The notes beneath the pieces are model-generated. The model did no database searches, had not been told where the DNA came from, and worked only from the letters and a program-made list of their open reading frames with translations. The position numbers were made by a program, and so were the translations under genes. Below, one piece after another: positions 48,973 through 59,664 of a stretch of 64,000 nt of DNA. Numbering within the stretch: the first letter of the stretch is position 1; every line of letters starts with the position of its first letter. The stretch is from an uncultured bacterium (GTDB lineage Bacteria > Krumholzibacteriota > Krumholzibacteriia > Krumholzibacteriales > Krumholzibacteriaceae), in the NCBI GenBank assembly GCA_963786935.1, contig CAWBAN010000004.1, positions 64,001 to 128,000 of the forward strand, in the 5' to 3' direction.

Positions 48973-50574
48973 ATGGCGGAGCTTCCGTTTCTCGCCGGCG
49001 AGGAGGGGAGGGGGCACGTCCTCGCGCTCCTCTTTTTCCTCTCGGTGTTCCTCACCGCGGTATGGGGAAGCTGGCAGGGCTCGCTTCCCGCGTCCGATGA
49101 GGCCGTGCTCGCCCAGATCGCGAACGAAGTCCCCCACATCGGCCGCGCGCTCCCCCTGCGCTTCGACGGCGCGCCGGTTCACGATACGCCCCCCTTCGCC
49201 CCGTGGTTCATGGCGCTCATGTACGGCCGCTTCGGCACGAACAACTTCGCCGCCCGCTTCGCGTTCGTGCTTCTCTCCATCGGCGCGGTCTATATGACGT
49301 TTCTCGCCGGCAGGGCGGCGTCCCGGGATTGGGACGCCGCGGCGGGAGAGAGGTCGCCCGCGGCGACGGACCGGGCGTGCTCGCATTCGCACTGGGGATC
49401 GCTCTCGACGGCCGCCGGCTTCTTCTCGGCCGTCGCGCTCGCCGCGAGCCCCCTGTTCGGCAGATTCATGCCCCACGTGACGCTCGGGCTCCCGTTCGCC
49501 TTCTTCGCCGCGCTCGGGCTCCTCGGGTGGCTCGAGCTTCCGCGCTCCCGCGCGGGGCGCTATCTCTGGGGAACGGCGGTCGTGGGCGGGGTCCTGAGCG
49601 CCGGCGCGGGCGGATTCCTCCTCGTCCCCGCCGCGATCCTCGCGGGGCTGTTTGACCGGGAGCGGCGCTCGCTCTGGCGGACGCCGGGATTCGCGCTCGC
49701 CACGCTCGGCGGCGCGTTGATCGGCGGGATCTGGATCGGCGTCGAGACGTCCCGCGGCGGCCTCGGTTTCTTCGACAACGCGCTGTGGGCGCCGATCGCC
49801 CGCGTCATCCGCCCGCCGGACGGGGCTCCCCGGGCGTTGCTCGTCTCGCTCGCGGGCGTGTGGCTCGGCAATCTCCCGTGGTCCGTTCCCGCCACGATCG
49901 CCTGCGCGAGAATCGCGTTCTTCCGCAATCGCGGCCCGTCCGAGGCGCGCGCGGGCGGGCTCGACGCCGCGCTCCTCGTGTTCGCGGCGGCGCTGTTCGT
50001 TCCCCTCGCGCTCGGCGGCGCGGATACGCCGGGCGTGTTTCTCCCCGTGCTTCCGTTCATCGCCGTGCTCTCCGCGCGGGAAGTCGCGCGGTGGATCGGC
50101 CGCCCGGGGTGCAATCTCGCGGGGCGGCTCTGGGCCCTCAATCACGTCGCGACGGCGATCTACTGTCTCGTCATGCTCCTCGTCGTGGCGACGCCGATCC
50201 GCATCAGGAAAACCGCCGAGGACCCGATCCAGAGCGTTGCGGAGATGGCGGGGCGCATCGTTCCCGCAGGCGAACGCGTCGGCAACTTCGGCCAGCCCTA
50301 TCGCGTGCAATGCGCGCGGATGCTTTTCTACGGCGAGCGCGCGCTCGGGGCGCGGCTCTCGGACGCGGAGGAGGTCGCCGCGGCGCTGCGGGATAATCCG
50401 CGGATGATATTCCTGTCGTCGGCGCGCGATCTCGAAACGCTCCGCTCGTCGTCGGCGTTCCCCCATGGGATACGCGTTCTCTACGGCGCCGGCGATCTCG
50501 TGCTCTTCGGCGCCCGGAACGGCGGAGCGGACACGATTCCCGGTATACGTCACATGGAAACGGAGGCGCGATAA
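48973..50574 (+). CDS. ArnT/GT39-like membrane glycosyltransferase
   Basis: SDEAVLAQIA, DTPPFAPW, FAARF; many TM segments. Confidence 0.7.
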   Translation: MAELPFLAGEEGRGHVLALLFFLSVFLTAVWGSWQGSLPASDEAVLAQIANEVPHIGRALPLRFDGAPVHDTPPFAPWFMALMYGRFGTNNFAARFAFVLLSIGAVYMTFLAGRAASRDWDAAAGERSPAATDRACSHSHWGSLSTAAGFFSAVALAASPLFGRFMPHVTLGLPFAFFAALGLLGWLELPRSRAGRYLWGTAVVGGVLSAGAGGFLLVPAAILAGLFDRERRSLWRTPGFALATLGGALIGGIWIGVETSRGGLGFFDNALWAPIARVIRPPDGAPRALLVSLAGVWLGNLPWSVPATIACARIAFFRNRGPSEARAGGLDAALLVFAAALFVPLALGGADTPGVFLPVLPFIAVLSAREVARWIGRPGCNLAGRLWALNHVATAIYCLVMLLVVATPIRIRKTAEDPIQSVAEMAGRIVPAGERVGNFGQPYRVQCARMLFYGERALGARLSDAEEVAAALRDNPRMIFLSSARDLETLRSSSAFPHGIRVLYGAGDLVLFGARNGGADTIPGIRHMETEAR

Positions 50575-50576
50575 CG

Positions 50577-51980
50577 GTGTTCATTAAACGTTTGACGGCG
50601 GCCGTCGTTCTGATCGGAACGCTCGCTTTGTCCGGCTGCGGCGATCGGAACCTCGAAAAATCCGGCCTCGTGAAGCTGAGCGACCGGGTCTACGCGATGA
50701 TCGCGACGGGACCGACGGCGGCCGAGGGGCTCGGCTCGAACAGCGGCTTCGTCGTGGGGAGGGACGGCGTTCTCGTGATCGATTCGCGGTACACGCCCGG
50801 CCTCGCGAACGAGCTCCTCGCCGCGATCCGGTCCGTGACGGACGCGCCCGTGAAATACCTCGTGAACACGCACTACCATCCCGATCACGCGTGGGGCAAC
50901 ATGGTCTTCAAGGCGCAGGGGGCGGTCGTCGTCGCGCGCCCCGAAACGCGCGCGGCGCTCCTGAAATACTCCCCCGCGTATCTCGAATTCTACCAGCAGC
51001 GGAGCGCCGAGACCTACGAGCTGCTGCGGGACGTGAAGATCACGCCGCCCGATACGACCTTCGGCGGGAAGACGGAGATCGATCTCGGCGGCGTCACGGT
51101 TTCGCTCCGCTATTACGGCCCCGCGCATACGGCGGGGGACTGCGTCGTGATCGTTTCGAGGGACCGGATCGCGTTCGTCGGCGGGCTCGTGAGCAACGGC
51201 TATCATCCGAACATGGGGGATCCGGGAGCCGACTTCGACAACTGGATCGCGACGCTCGACACGCTGGCGGCCGCGAAATTCCGGCGCGTCGTCCCCGGGC
51301 AGGGGAAGGTGTGCGGCCCCGAGGCATTCGCCGCGGAGTCGGGGTACCTCACGACGCTCAGGATTCAATGCGATCAGAACATCGCCCGGATGGTGCCGCT
51401 CGAGCAGGCGCTCACCACGGTCGTCATGCCGGGCACCGAGACGTATCTGCAGTCCAACCTGCTGCCGTTCAACGTGCAGGCCGTGTACCGCCGCGATATG
51501 ATGCGCGTCGTGCAGCCCGAGTTCGCCTTCGCGCCGCCGGAGGAGTTCCAGATCACGGACGGCGGCGGCACCACGAAGCTGGGCTACATCCGCTGGGGGG
51601 CCGTGACGGAAACGGGAAGCCTCGAGATCGACGTGCAGTGGAAGGTGACGGCGAGCCGCGAGGTGATCGGGCCGGACATCGCGGACATGGTCGAACGATA
51701 CGCGCGGGCGAGCAAGGTCGAGATGAAGATCGAAGGATCGAAGCGGATCGACGTCGGCGGCGAGAAGGCGCTGGCTTCGTACGGGACCTGGTCCCGCATG
51801 AGCGTGTCGGGGATGGGGGGAAGCGGCGTCTGGACGTGGGCGCTCGTCATCAGCGGCGACAAGATCTATTCGCTCAGGCTTTCCGCCGAGGCCGGCAAGG
51901 ACCGCGCGAAAGCGCTCGCCGGCAGGGCCGATCTGGAGAAGCTCGCGGCGTCGTTCCGGTTCACGCCCCGTGCTTCTTGA
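50577..51980 (+). CDS. MBL-fold metallohydrolase lipoprotein with an extra C-terminal domain
   Basis: Lipobox LSGC; THYHPDH, AHTAGD. Confidence 0.85.
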   Translation: MFIKRLTAAVVLIGTLALSGCGDRNLEKSGLVKLSDRVYAMIATGPTAAEGLGSNSGFVVGRDGVLVIDSRYTPGLANELLAAIRSVTDAPVKYLVNTHYHPDHAWGNMVFKAQGAVVVARPETRAALLKYSPAYLEFYQQRSAETYELLRDVKITPPDTTFGGKTEIDLGGVTVSLRYYGPAHTAGDCVVIVSRDRIAFVGGLVSNGYHPNMGDPGADFDNWIATLDTLAAAKFRRVVPGQGKVCGPEAFAAESGYLTTLRIQCDQNIARMVPLEQALTTVVMPGTETYLQSNLLPFNVQAVYRRDMMRVVQPEFAFAPPEEFQITDGGGTTKLGYIRWGAVTETGSLEIDVQWKVTASREVIGPDIADMVERYARASKVEMKIEGSKRIDVGGEKALASYGTWSRMSVSGMGGSGVWTWALVISGDKIYSLRLSAEAGKDRAKALAGRADLEKLAASFRFTPRAS

Positions 51981-53166
51981 GCTTCCCCGCGTTCGCGAGC
52001 GCGAGGTTCATGATCGCGGTCGCGGGGAACACTCCGAGACCGCCCCGGTCGCATTCGCTCTCGGTGAACACGCTCGCGTTGTCGATTCCGCACACCTTCG
52101 AGTTGATCAGGAACGGCACCGGGTGCCACGAGTGGGCCTTGAGGGCGCACGGCGTCGAATGATCCCCCGTCACGATCATCACGTCGGGATTGCACGCGAG
52201 GAGGATCGGCAGATTCGCGTCGACCTCTTCGATGATCTTCGTCTTTCCCTCGAAATTGCCGTCCTCGCCGAACGAATCGGTCTTCTTGACGTGGATGAAA
52301 AAGAAGTCGTAGCCCTTCCCGTACGCCGCGCGCACCGTTTCGAACTCCTCACTGACCGAAAATCCCGTGTCGAGGAGGTCCATACCGCAGAGCTTCGCCA
52401 CGCCGCGGTACAGCGGATACGCGGCGACGGCGGCGGGCCGGAGCATCGTTCGCTCCTGGATCGGCTCGATCGAGGGCTTCCGGGAAATGCCGCGCATGAG
52501 CACGGTGTTCGCCTTCTTCTCGTCGGCGAGGATCGCGTCGCACTGTTCGACGAGCTTCGCGATGATGGCGGCCGTGCGGTTCGCCTCGGGCGTGCGCGCG
52601 ACGGGCGGGAGCGGCGCCTTGCCCGTGAGCTGCGGATCGGTCTCCTCGACCTCGGGGGAGAGCCTGATGCCGCGCAGCACCACGCCGAAGCGGTATTCGC
52701 GCACCGGCATGATGACGATCTTCACCCCATCGATCTCGGAGATCCGGTCCTGGAGCTTCGCGCAGATGCGGATGCACTCCTCGTGGGGGATGCGCCCCGC
52801 GCGACGGTCGGTGAGAATGCCGTTCGCGTCGATCGTCGCGAAGTTCCCCCGGATCGCGACGTCGTCGCGCTCGAGCTCGAAGCCGGTGCCGAGCACCTCG
52901 AGCACGCCGCGCCCCACGTCGTTCTCGGCCGCGAGCGGATCGTACCCGAAGAGCGCGAAATGCGCGGGGCCGCTTCCCGGCGTGATGCCGGGGGCGATGG
53001 GCATGCTCCTTCCGCAGAGCCCCTCGCGCGCGAGGGCGTCGAGATTCGGCGTGCGGGCCGCCTCGAGCGGCGTCTTCGGAAACTCCGTGGTCCGGATGTC
53101 CCCGAGCCCGTCCATGACGAGGAATATGATTTTGGCGTCGTTGCGTCGGAGAAGGTGGCGCGGCAT
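51961..53166 (-). CDS. apgM: 2,3-BPG-independent phosphoglycerate mutase (archaeal type)
   Basis: MDGLGD, TPLEAARTPNLD, PGSGPAH, DRRAGR, TGDHSTP. Confidence 0.93.
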   Translation of the reverse strand: MPRHLLRRNDAKIIFLVMDGLGDIRTTEFPKTPLEAARTPNLDALAREGLCGRSMPIAPGITPGSGPAHFALFGYDPLAAENDVGRGVLEVLGTGFELERDDVAIRGNFATIDANGILTDRRAGRIPHEECIRICAKLQDRISEIDGVKIVIMPVREYRFGVVLRGIRLSPEVEETDPQLTGKAPLPPVARTPEANRTAAIIAKLVEQCDAILADEKKANTVLMRGISRKPSIEPIQERTMLRPAAVAAYPLYRGVAKLCGMDLLDTGFSVSEEFETVRAAYGKGYDFFFIHVKKTDSFGEDGNFEGKTKIIEEVDANLPILLACNPDVMIVTGDHSTPCALKAHSWHPVPFLINSKVCGIDNASVFTESECDRGGLGVFPATAIMNLALANAGKLKKHGA

Positions 53167-53377
53167 CGCTCGTCCCCCTGTTCGAGAAACCGGATACGCG
53201 GAAAAACGCTCGTCCGCATTTTATCACGCGCCGCGCGGCGCGAGAAGTGGGGAAATGCGCTCCGCCGCGCCCCCGCCGGCGCCGTTCCGCGTTTCGGCGC
53301 GTTTGACATCGCGCGATAATTATTTTAATATATATGGGTTATCCGTTCAGCGCGCAGGCCCGGAACAAGGAGAATCA

Positions 53378-54922
53378 ATGAACGCACATCGCTTCGATCA
53401 CGCAACGCACTCGCCGCGGTTCCCCCGGTCCGCCCTTACGGGCGCGGCGGCCGCGCTCGCCGTCGCCGCGCTCCTCGCGGGATGCGGGAAGGGGAGCGGC
53501 CCCGTCGCGGGGAAGGATCCGGTCAAGAAGATCATCGAGGTCGAAAGCAACGTGGACGCGCTCAGGGCGTGGGCCGAGAACAACGCGCGGGCGTCGGTGC
53601 TCGTGCATATCGATCCGTCGGACGACATGGCGATCTTCCCGGAGCGCATGATGAAGGACATGGAGAACACGGCGGGGCACCTCAGACGCCGCGACGGGAA
53701 GGCGCTCGAGGAAACGGGCTCCCTCATCGAGCGCGGCGGCACGGTGAGCCTCGGCTACATGGCGGGGATGTACAAGCGCGTGATCTGGGTCATCCCCACG
53801 TTCACTTCCGTCGGCAACGATCCGGTCGACGTCTACAAGAATTTCCTCGTCAAGCAGCGGCGATTCCCGCCGGAGGCCGTGAGCGATTTCAAGACCGACG
53901 GAAAATTCATCACGGGCTCGATCGCCGGGATCCCGCTCACGATCACGAGCCTCGCGGATCTCGAGCTCGCCGAAGGGGAGAACGCGATCGTCGACATCGA
54001 TATTTCCTATTTTCCGGCGCTGAAGCTCGCGAATCGCAGCTACCGCGCGGGGACGAAATCGGTGCTCGAGTTCGTCCGGGAGCTCGCGAAACGGAACGTG
54101 CGGGCGAAGCTCGTCACGGTCAATCTCTCGAATCAGAACAATCAGGTTCCCATGGATCTCAGGTACTACGGCGACGTGATCCGGGAAGCGCTCGCGCAGC
54201 CGGCCGACGCCGTTCCCCCGTACACGGCGAAGTGGCTGGGCATGATCCAGGCGGAGGATTCGCTCGGGGCGAAGCGGTACGCCTCGGCGGCCGCACTCTA
54301 CGAGGACCTTATCCGCACGGTGAAGGACGACGCGGGGCTCTACTTCTCTCTCGCGGTCGCCCGCGGATTGGAAAACAAGGGGCCCGAGTGCCGCGCGGCG
54401 CTCCTCGATGCGTACCGGCTCGACAGCGCGTACCTCAAGGGATTCTTCCAGCTCGCCCGCGTCCTCGGCGACGCCGGCGCGCTGGATGCGGGATTCGAGA
54501 TCCTCGACACGCCGGAGCTCGCGAATATCGTGGCGCCGGCCGAGCTCGATTACCAGCGCGGCGTCTTCCTCTACACGGCGCACAAGCCGTTCGACGCGAT
54601 CACGTATCTCTCGAACGCGGCGCGGCAGCGCCCGCAGGATTTCGGCCTCTACACGATCCTGTTCCGGGCCCATCGCGAGGCAGGGAACGATCAGGGACAG
54701 ATCGCCTCTCTCCGGAAGCTCATCCTCATCGACGAGGGCAGGGTCAGGCGCGAGATGCCGTGGGTGTTCGCCGATCTCGGCCGGCTGTACGAAAGCACCG
54801 GCGCCCGGGTGAACGCGGCGCAGATGTACGAGCGGTACATGCAGGCGCTGCCGGACGACTCCCTCTCGAAGGCGTTCAAGAATCGTATCGATGAGTGGAA
54901 GGCGAAGAAGCTCATCTCGTGA
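53378..54922 (+). CDS. Lipoprotein with a UPF0489/arginase-like domain and TPR repeats
   Basis: Lipobox LAGC; LVHID and VDIDISYF; helical repeats. Confidence 0.6.
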   Translation: MNAHRFDHATHSPRFPRSALTGAAAALAVAALLAGCGKGSGPVAGKDPVKKIIEVESNVDALRAWAENNARASVLVHIDPSDDMAIFPERMMKDMENTAGHLRRRDGKALEETGSLIERGGTVSLGYMAGMYKRVIWVIPTFTSVGNDPVDVYKNFLVKQRRFPPEAVSDFKTDGKFITGSIAGIPLTITSLADLELAEGENAIVDIDISYFPALKLANRSYRAGTKSVLEFVRELAKRNVRAKLVTVNLSNQNNQVPMDLRYYGDVIREALAQPADAVPPYTAKWLGMIQAEDSLGAKRYASAAALYEDLIRTVKDDAGLYFSLAVARGLENKGPECRAALLDAYRLDSAYLKGFFQLARVLGDAGALDAGFEILDTPELANIVAPAELDYQRGVFLYTAHKPFDAITYLSNAARQRPQDFGLYTILFRAHREAGNDQGQIASLRKLILIDEGRVRREMPWVFADLGRLYESTGARVNAAQMYERYMQALPDDSLSKAFKNRIDEWKAKKLIS

Positions 54923-55059
54923 GCGGAACGATTGGCGCGGGGGCGCTCCCGGCGAGCGCCCCCGATCCGCCCCCCCGTTTCGTGGAACATATGTGCCCCC
55001 GCATCCGTAAGTCTCTGGAGACCCCGTTCGTCAACCCCTGAGCCGGTGGTGAAATCGCG

Positions 55060-56166
55060 ATGAATCGGAAGAAAAAGAGCAGGAAACTCGTCATTTGGAT
55101 AGTCGTTATCGCCGTCGTCGCCGCGGGGGCGATCGGCGCGGCGATGCTGAAAAAGAAGGGCGCCGCCAAGGGCGCCGTGGCGACGGTCAAGGTCGAGCGC
55201 GGCAACGTCGTCGAGAAGGCGCTCGCCGTCGGATCGATCGTCCCGCGCAACGAGATCTCCGTGAAATCGAAGATATCGGGCGTCGTGAAGCGGATCTACC
55301 GCGAGCCGGGACAGCGGGTCGCGGCCGGAGAGGCGCTCATCGAGATCCGCCCCGATCCGACGCCCCTCGAGCTCGCCGACGCGAGACGGCGGGTCGACAT
55401 GGATGAGATCGCGTTCAAGAACCTCGAGAAGGCCCTCGAGCGCGCGGGGGATCTCACGAAGCAGGGGCTCATCTCGGACACGGAGTTCGAGGGCGCCCAG
55501 AGAAACTACGATCAGGCGAAGCTCCAGCTCGACATGAGCCGCGAGCGCCTCGAGCTCACCGAAAAGGGGCACGCGAGCATCGCCGGGCAGACGATCGACG
55601 CGGTCATCAAGGCGCCGATCGGCGGCTTCATTCTCGAGAAGAACATCAACATCGGCGATCCCGTCGTGCCGCTCACCTCGTATCAGGAGGGCACCGTTCT
55701 CATGACGCTCGCCAATATGGACAGCCTCATCTTCAAGGGAACGGTCGACGAGATCGACGTCGGCAAGCTCTCGATCGGCATGCCGGTGGAGATCAAGGTC
55801 GGCGCCATCCCCGGAAAATCGATCCCCGGCACGCTCGCGAAGATTTCGCTCAAGGCGCGCGAGGAGAACAACACGCGGATGTTCCCGGTGGAGATCACGA
55901 TCGCCGACACGAAGGTCGCGCTCCTGCGCGCGGGCTACTCCGCGAACGCCGACATCATCATCCGGCAGGTCGACAGCGTCCTCACGATCCCCGAACGCGT
56001 CGTGTACACCTCGGGGGACAGCACGTGGGTCGAGGTCCCGGGCGCGAAGGGGGAGCGCCGCAAGGCGGTCATCACGACGGGGCTCTCCGACGCGATCAGG
56101 ATCGAAGTGAAGTCCGGTCTCGCCAAGGGCCAGGAAGTCCTCGAGAAGCCCGAGAAGAAAATCTGA
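55060..56166 (+). CDS. MacA-like periplasmic adaptor
   Basis: VKSKISG, IKAPIGG, VDEIDV, TGLSD motifs. Confidence 0.9.
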   Translation: MNRKKKSRKLVIWIVVIAVVAAGAIGAAMLKKKGAAKGAVATVKVERGNVVEKALAVGSIVPRNEISVKSKISGVVKRIYREPGQRVAAGEALIEIRPDPTPLELADARRRVDMDEIAFKNLEKALERAGDLTKQGLISDTEFEGAQRNYDQAKLQLDMSRERLELTEKGHASIAGQTIDAVIKAPIGGFILEKNINIGDPVVPLTSYQEGTVLMTLANMDSLIFKGTVDEIDVGKLSIGMPVEIKVGAIPGKSIPGTLAKISLKAREENNTRMFPVEITIADTKVALLRAGYSANADIIIRQVDSVLTIPERVVYTSGDSTWVEVPGAKGERRKAVITTGLSDAIRIEVKSGLAKGQEVLEKPEKKI

Positions 56167-56197
56167 CGGAGTCCGGCGGCCGGGCGGATCGATTCGT

Positions 56198-57475
56198 ATG
56201 GCGACACTCAAATCGTTCTTCGTCAACTTCGCGTACGTCCTCTCCCTCTTCAGGGAATTCTGGGGCGACATGCGCGCCCAGAAGCGGCGCACGATGCTCA
56301 CCGTCTTCGGCATCGTGTGGGGGACGGCCGCCGTCGTCATCATGATGGCCGTCGGCACGAGCGTCAAACGCCAGAACATGACGAACTTCCGGGGTCTCGG
56401 CGACGCGATCATACTCGTCTTCCCCGGCTCGACGACCAAGCCCTATCGCGGATTCGGCGTCGACCGCCAGGTCAGGCTTCAGGAATCGGACGTAGATCTC
56501 CTCAAGCAGCAGGTGAGCGAGATCGACAAGATCAGCGAGGAATTCGCGAAGTACGACGGCGTGATCCGGTACGGCACGCAGGTCAAGAGCCCCATGGTCG
56601 CCGGCGTCAAGCCCGAGTACGGCGACATCCGCAACGAGATCCCGCAGGCCGGCGGCCGCTTCATCAACGAGCAGGACATGGCGGAGAAACGCCGCGTCAT
56701 CTTTCTCGGGGATCAGGTGAGCGAGTTTCTCTTCGGCAAAGGGAACGATCCCGTCGGGAAATTCGTCTCGTTCAACGGCGTCCCGTTCCGCGTCATCGGC
56801 GTTCTGCGGGCGAAGACGCAGAACTCGAGCTACAACCAGCGCGACACCGAGCGCGCGTTCATTCCGTCCACGACCTACGTGTCGATGTTCGGGGACCGGT
56901 ACCTCGAGAACATGGTGATCACGCAGAAGGCGGGAGGGGGTGGCTCGAAAGAGGTCGTGAAGAAGATCAGGACGGTCCTCGGCGCGAGGTACGTCTTCGA
57001 CCCGGAGGACGAGAACGCGCTCGGCATCTGGGATACGGCGGAGTTCTTCGAGATATTCATCATGTTCTTCACCGCGTTCAACATCTTTCTCGTCGCCATG
57101 GGCGCGATGACGCTCGGCGTCGGCGGGCTCGGCGTCTCGAACATCATGTACGTCGTCGTGCGCGAGCGCACGCGCGAGATCGGCATCAAGCGGGCCGTGG
57201 GGGCGAGGAAATGGGTCATCATGACGCAGTTCTTCGCCGAGACATTCTTCATCACCTTCGTCGGGGCGGCGATCGGGTTTGCGATCGCGTGGGGCGTCGT
57301 CGCCGTCGCCGCGCGGATGCCCGCCTCCGCGAGAGAGGCGCTCGGCACGCCGGCGATCGATCCCCTCGTCGCGCTCGTCTCCATCGCGATCATTTCCGTC
57401 ATCGCGTTTCTCGCCGGATACTTTCCGGCGCGCAAGGCCGCGAATCTCGACCCGATCGAGTGTCTGAGGTACTGA
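56198..57475 (+). CDS. MacB/FtsX-like ABC permease
   Basis: GIVWG, ERTREIGIKRAVGA, PARKAANLDPIECLRY. Confidence 0.92.
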   Translation: MATLKSFFVNFAYVLSLFREFWGDMRAQKRRTMLTVFGIVWGTAAVVIMMAVGTSVKRQNMTNFRGLGDAIILVFPGSTTKPYRGFGVDRQVRLQESDVDLLKQQVSEIDKISEEFAKYDGVIRYGTQVKSPMVAGVKPEYGDIRNEIPQAGGRFINEQDMAEKRRVIFLGDQVSEFLFGKGNDPVGKFVSFNGVPFRVIGVLRAKTQNSSYNQRDTERAFIPSTTYVSMFGDRYLENMVITQKAGGGGSKEVVKKIRTVLGARYVFDPEDENALGIWDTAEFFEIFIMFFTAFNIFLVAMGAMTLGVGGLGVSNIMYVVVRERTREIGIKRAVGARKWVIMTQFFAETFFITFVGAAIGFAIAWGVVAVAARMPASAREALGTPAIDPLVALVSIAIISVIAFLAGYFPARKAANLDPIECLRY

Positions 57476-57481
57476 CGAACC

Positions 57482-58723
57482 ATGTGGACGACGCTGCTGC
57501 GCGAGTTTCTCTTCGATCTCAGGAACCAGAAGACGCGCGTGACACTCACGACCGTCGCCATCGTCTGGGGAACGATGTCGGTCGTGCTCCTCCTGTCGTT
57601 CGGGTTCGGGCTCGAGAAACGGCTCATGGAGGGGGCGCTCAACTACACCGACGCCGTCGTCAACGTGTACGCGGGGGAGACGTCGAAGCTCTATCAGGGG
57701 CTTCCGATGGTCCGCTCCGTGTACTTCACCGTCGACGACCTGAAGCTCCTGCGCGAGAACATCCCCCTCGTCGATCTCATCTCGCCGAGCTTCGGCCGGT
57801 GGGGGATGGTCGTGAGCCGCGGGGACGTCCGCACGACGACGTACGGCGAGGGCGTGGCTCCGGACTTCTATTACATGCGCCACTTCTTTCAGAGCGCCGG
57901 CCGGTTCATCGACGACCGGGACATCATCGACAAGCGCCGCGTCGTGTTCCTCGGGAACGGCATCGCGGAGAAGCTCTTCCCCGAGGGCGACCCGGTCGGC
58001 GGGATCATCGAGGTCGACGGGCTCCCCTTCACCGTCATCGGCGTCCTGGAGCAGAAGGTGCAGAGCTCGATGAGCAACGGTCCCGACGCGGACCGCGTCA
58101 TCATGCCGTACACGACGTTCATGACGGTTTACGGGCGCCAGCGCCTCAGCAACATCCTCATCCGCCCCGCCGACCGGATGCGGAGCAAGGAGCTCGTGAA
58201 GGACATCCGGGCGGTGCTCGGGCGGAAGTACCGGTTCGATCCGACGGACGAGTACGCGGTGAGGGTCTACGACAACATCGAGGACGAGGAGATCGGGCGG
58301 AAAATCATGCTCGGGCTCAACATCTTCTTCGGCGTCATCGGATCGCTCACGCTCGTCGTCGCCGGGGTCGGTGTCGCGAACATCATGTACGTCGTCGTCA
58401 AGGAGCGCACGCGCGAGATCGGCATCAAGCGCGCGGTCGGCGCCCGGCGGCGCCACATCGTCGCGCAGTACGTCGCCGAGGCGTTTCTCCTCACCGGGGG
58501 CGGCGGGCTCGTCGGGATCATCCTCTCCGCGCTCGTCGTGGCCGCCGCGGGCATGATCCCCGACACGTCGGGTCCGATGCAGTTCATGGGACACCCCATC
58601 TTCTCGAAGACGGTCGCGTTCGTGACGGTGGCGATCCTCGTCGCCATCGCGCTCGTCGCCGGTATCTTCCCCGCGCGCAAGGCGGCCGAGGTCGAGCCGA
58701 TGGAAGCGCTCCGCTACGAGTGA
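57482..58723 (+). CDS. MacB/FtsX-like ABC permease (paralog)
   Basis: AIVWG, ERTREIGIKRAVGA, PMEALRYE. Confidence 0.92.
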   Translation: MWTTLLREFLFDLRNQKTRVTLTTVAIVWGTMSVVLLLSFGFGLEKRLMEGALNYTDAVVNVYAGETSKLYQGLPMVRSVYFTVDDLKLLRENIPLVDLISPSFGRWGMVVSRGDVRTTTYGEGVAPDFYYMRHFFQSAGRFIDDRDIIDKRRVVFLGNGIAEKLFPEGDPVGGIIEVDGLPFTVIGVLEQKVQSSMSNGPDADRVIMPYTTFMTVYGRQRLSNILIRPADRMRSKELVKDIRAVLGRKYRFDPTDEYAVRVYDNIEDEEIGRKIMLGLNIFFGVIGSLTLVVAGVGVANIMYVVVKERTREIGIKRAVGARRRHIVAQYVAEAFLLTGGGGLVGIILSALVVAAAGMIPDTSGPMQFMGHPIFSKTVAFVTVAILVAIALVAGIFPARKAAEVEPMEALRYE

Positions 58724-58791
58724 CGGACCGCAGCCCGTCTGCTATCATGTCCCCCGTCGAATCGCGAGCCGGAACCGGAAAAGGAGCGTCC

Positions 58792-59021
58792 GTGCGGTCC
58801 TTCATTCAGCGGCACCCGATCGTCTCGTTCTTCGTCGTCACGTGCGCCTGCTCTCGGTGCTCCTCCTCCATGCGGGCGTCAACACCTTCAGCTACGTCTT
58901 CGGACAAATCGCGCCGTCGCTCGACGCCGATCCGCTCCTCGGCATCCTCACGGCGTCGGCGTTCGCCGTCTTCGCGGCGGCGGTTCTCGTCGTCGATCAA
59001 CGGCGCCGCGCGGCCCCGTAA
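58792..59021 (+). pseudogene. Internally deleted CPBP/Abi intramembrane protease remnant
   Basis: N-terminal RSFIQRHPIVSFFV joined out of frame to C-terminal LLLHAGVN plus a TM segment. Confidence 0.55.
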
Positions 59022-59132
59022 TGCCGTCTCCATGTCGCGCAGCCGCTTTTCGTTTGAACGGCGCGGATCGGATCGGGTATCATGCGGGCTGCTGTCGTCG
59101 AAACGTATCGAACCGATCGAAAGGGGGCACCC

Positions 59133-59606
59133 ATGCATCGCATCGTTGAATGGCAGCGTTTCAGGATGCTCGCGGGCGTTTTCGTTCTGCTGGCCGCGTT
59201 CGCGTTCGCCGGCTGCGCCGCCGAGGAAAACGAAGAGGACAAGTGCGACAAGACGAAGCAGGACGAGATCGAGCCGCTCTTCCGCATTCATTTCGTCGCG
59301 ACGACGGACCAAGGGGATCCGTACACCGGAGCGATGGATTTCCAGAGCGAGAAATATTACTGCGACGGAACGATGAGAGGCTTATTCACCGATCACACCG
59401 ACGGGACGGCCAACGGGTACTGGAAGCCGATCACGACGCAGTACAAGCTCGCGAACGACGAGGATTACGTTCTGATAACCTTCTCGACGCCGACGAACGA
59501 GCAGAGCTTCGTCTACGACTACGAGGCGGTCGCGAACGCCATGGTGCTCGAGGACTACGTTACGTGGGTGCTCGAGGATACGATAGAAGTCGTCGTGCCG
59601 CTCTGA
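59133..59606 (+). CDS. Hypothetical acidic lipoprotein
   Basis: Lipobox FAGC. Confidence 0.7.
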   Translation: MHRIVEWQRFRMLAGVFVLLAAFAFAGCAAEENEEDKCDKTKQDEIEPLFRIHFVATTDQGDPYTGAMDFQSEKYYCDGTMRGLFTDHTDGTANGYWKPITTQYKLANDEDYVLITFSTPTNEQSFVYDYEAVANAMVLEDYVTWVLEDTIEVVVPL

Positions 59607-59664
59607 TGCCGGCGCTCCGTCCGAGGGCGCCGGCGAGTCCGGCGCGCGCGGGTTCCGCCGCGTC

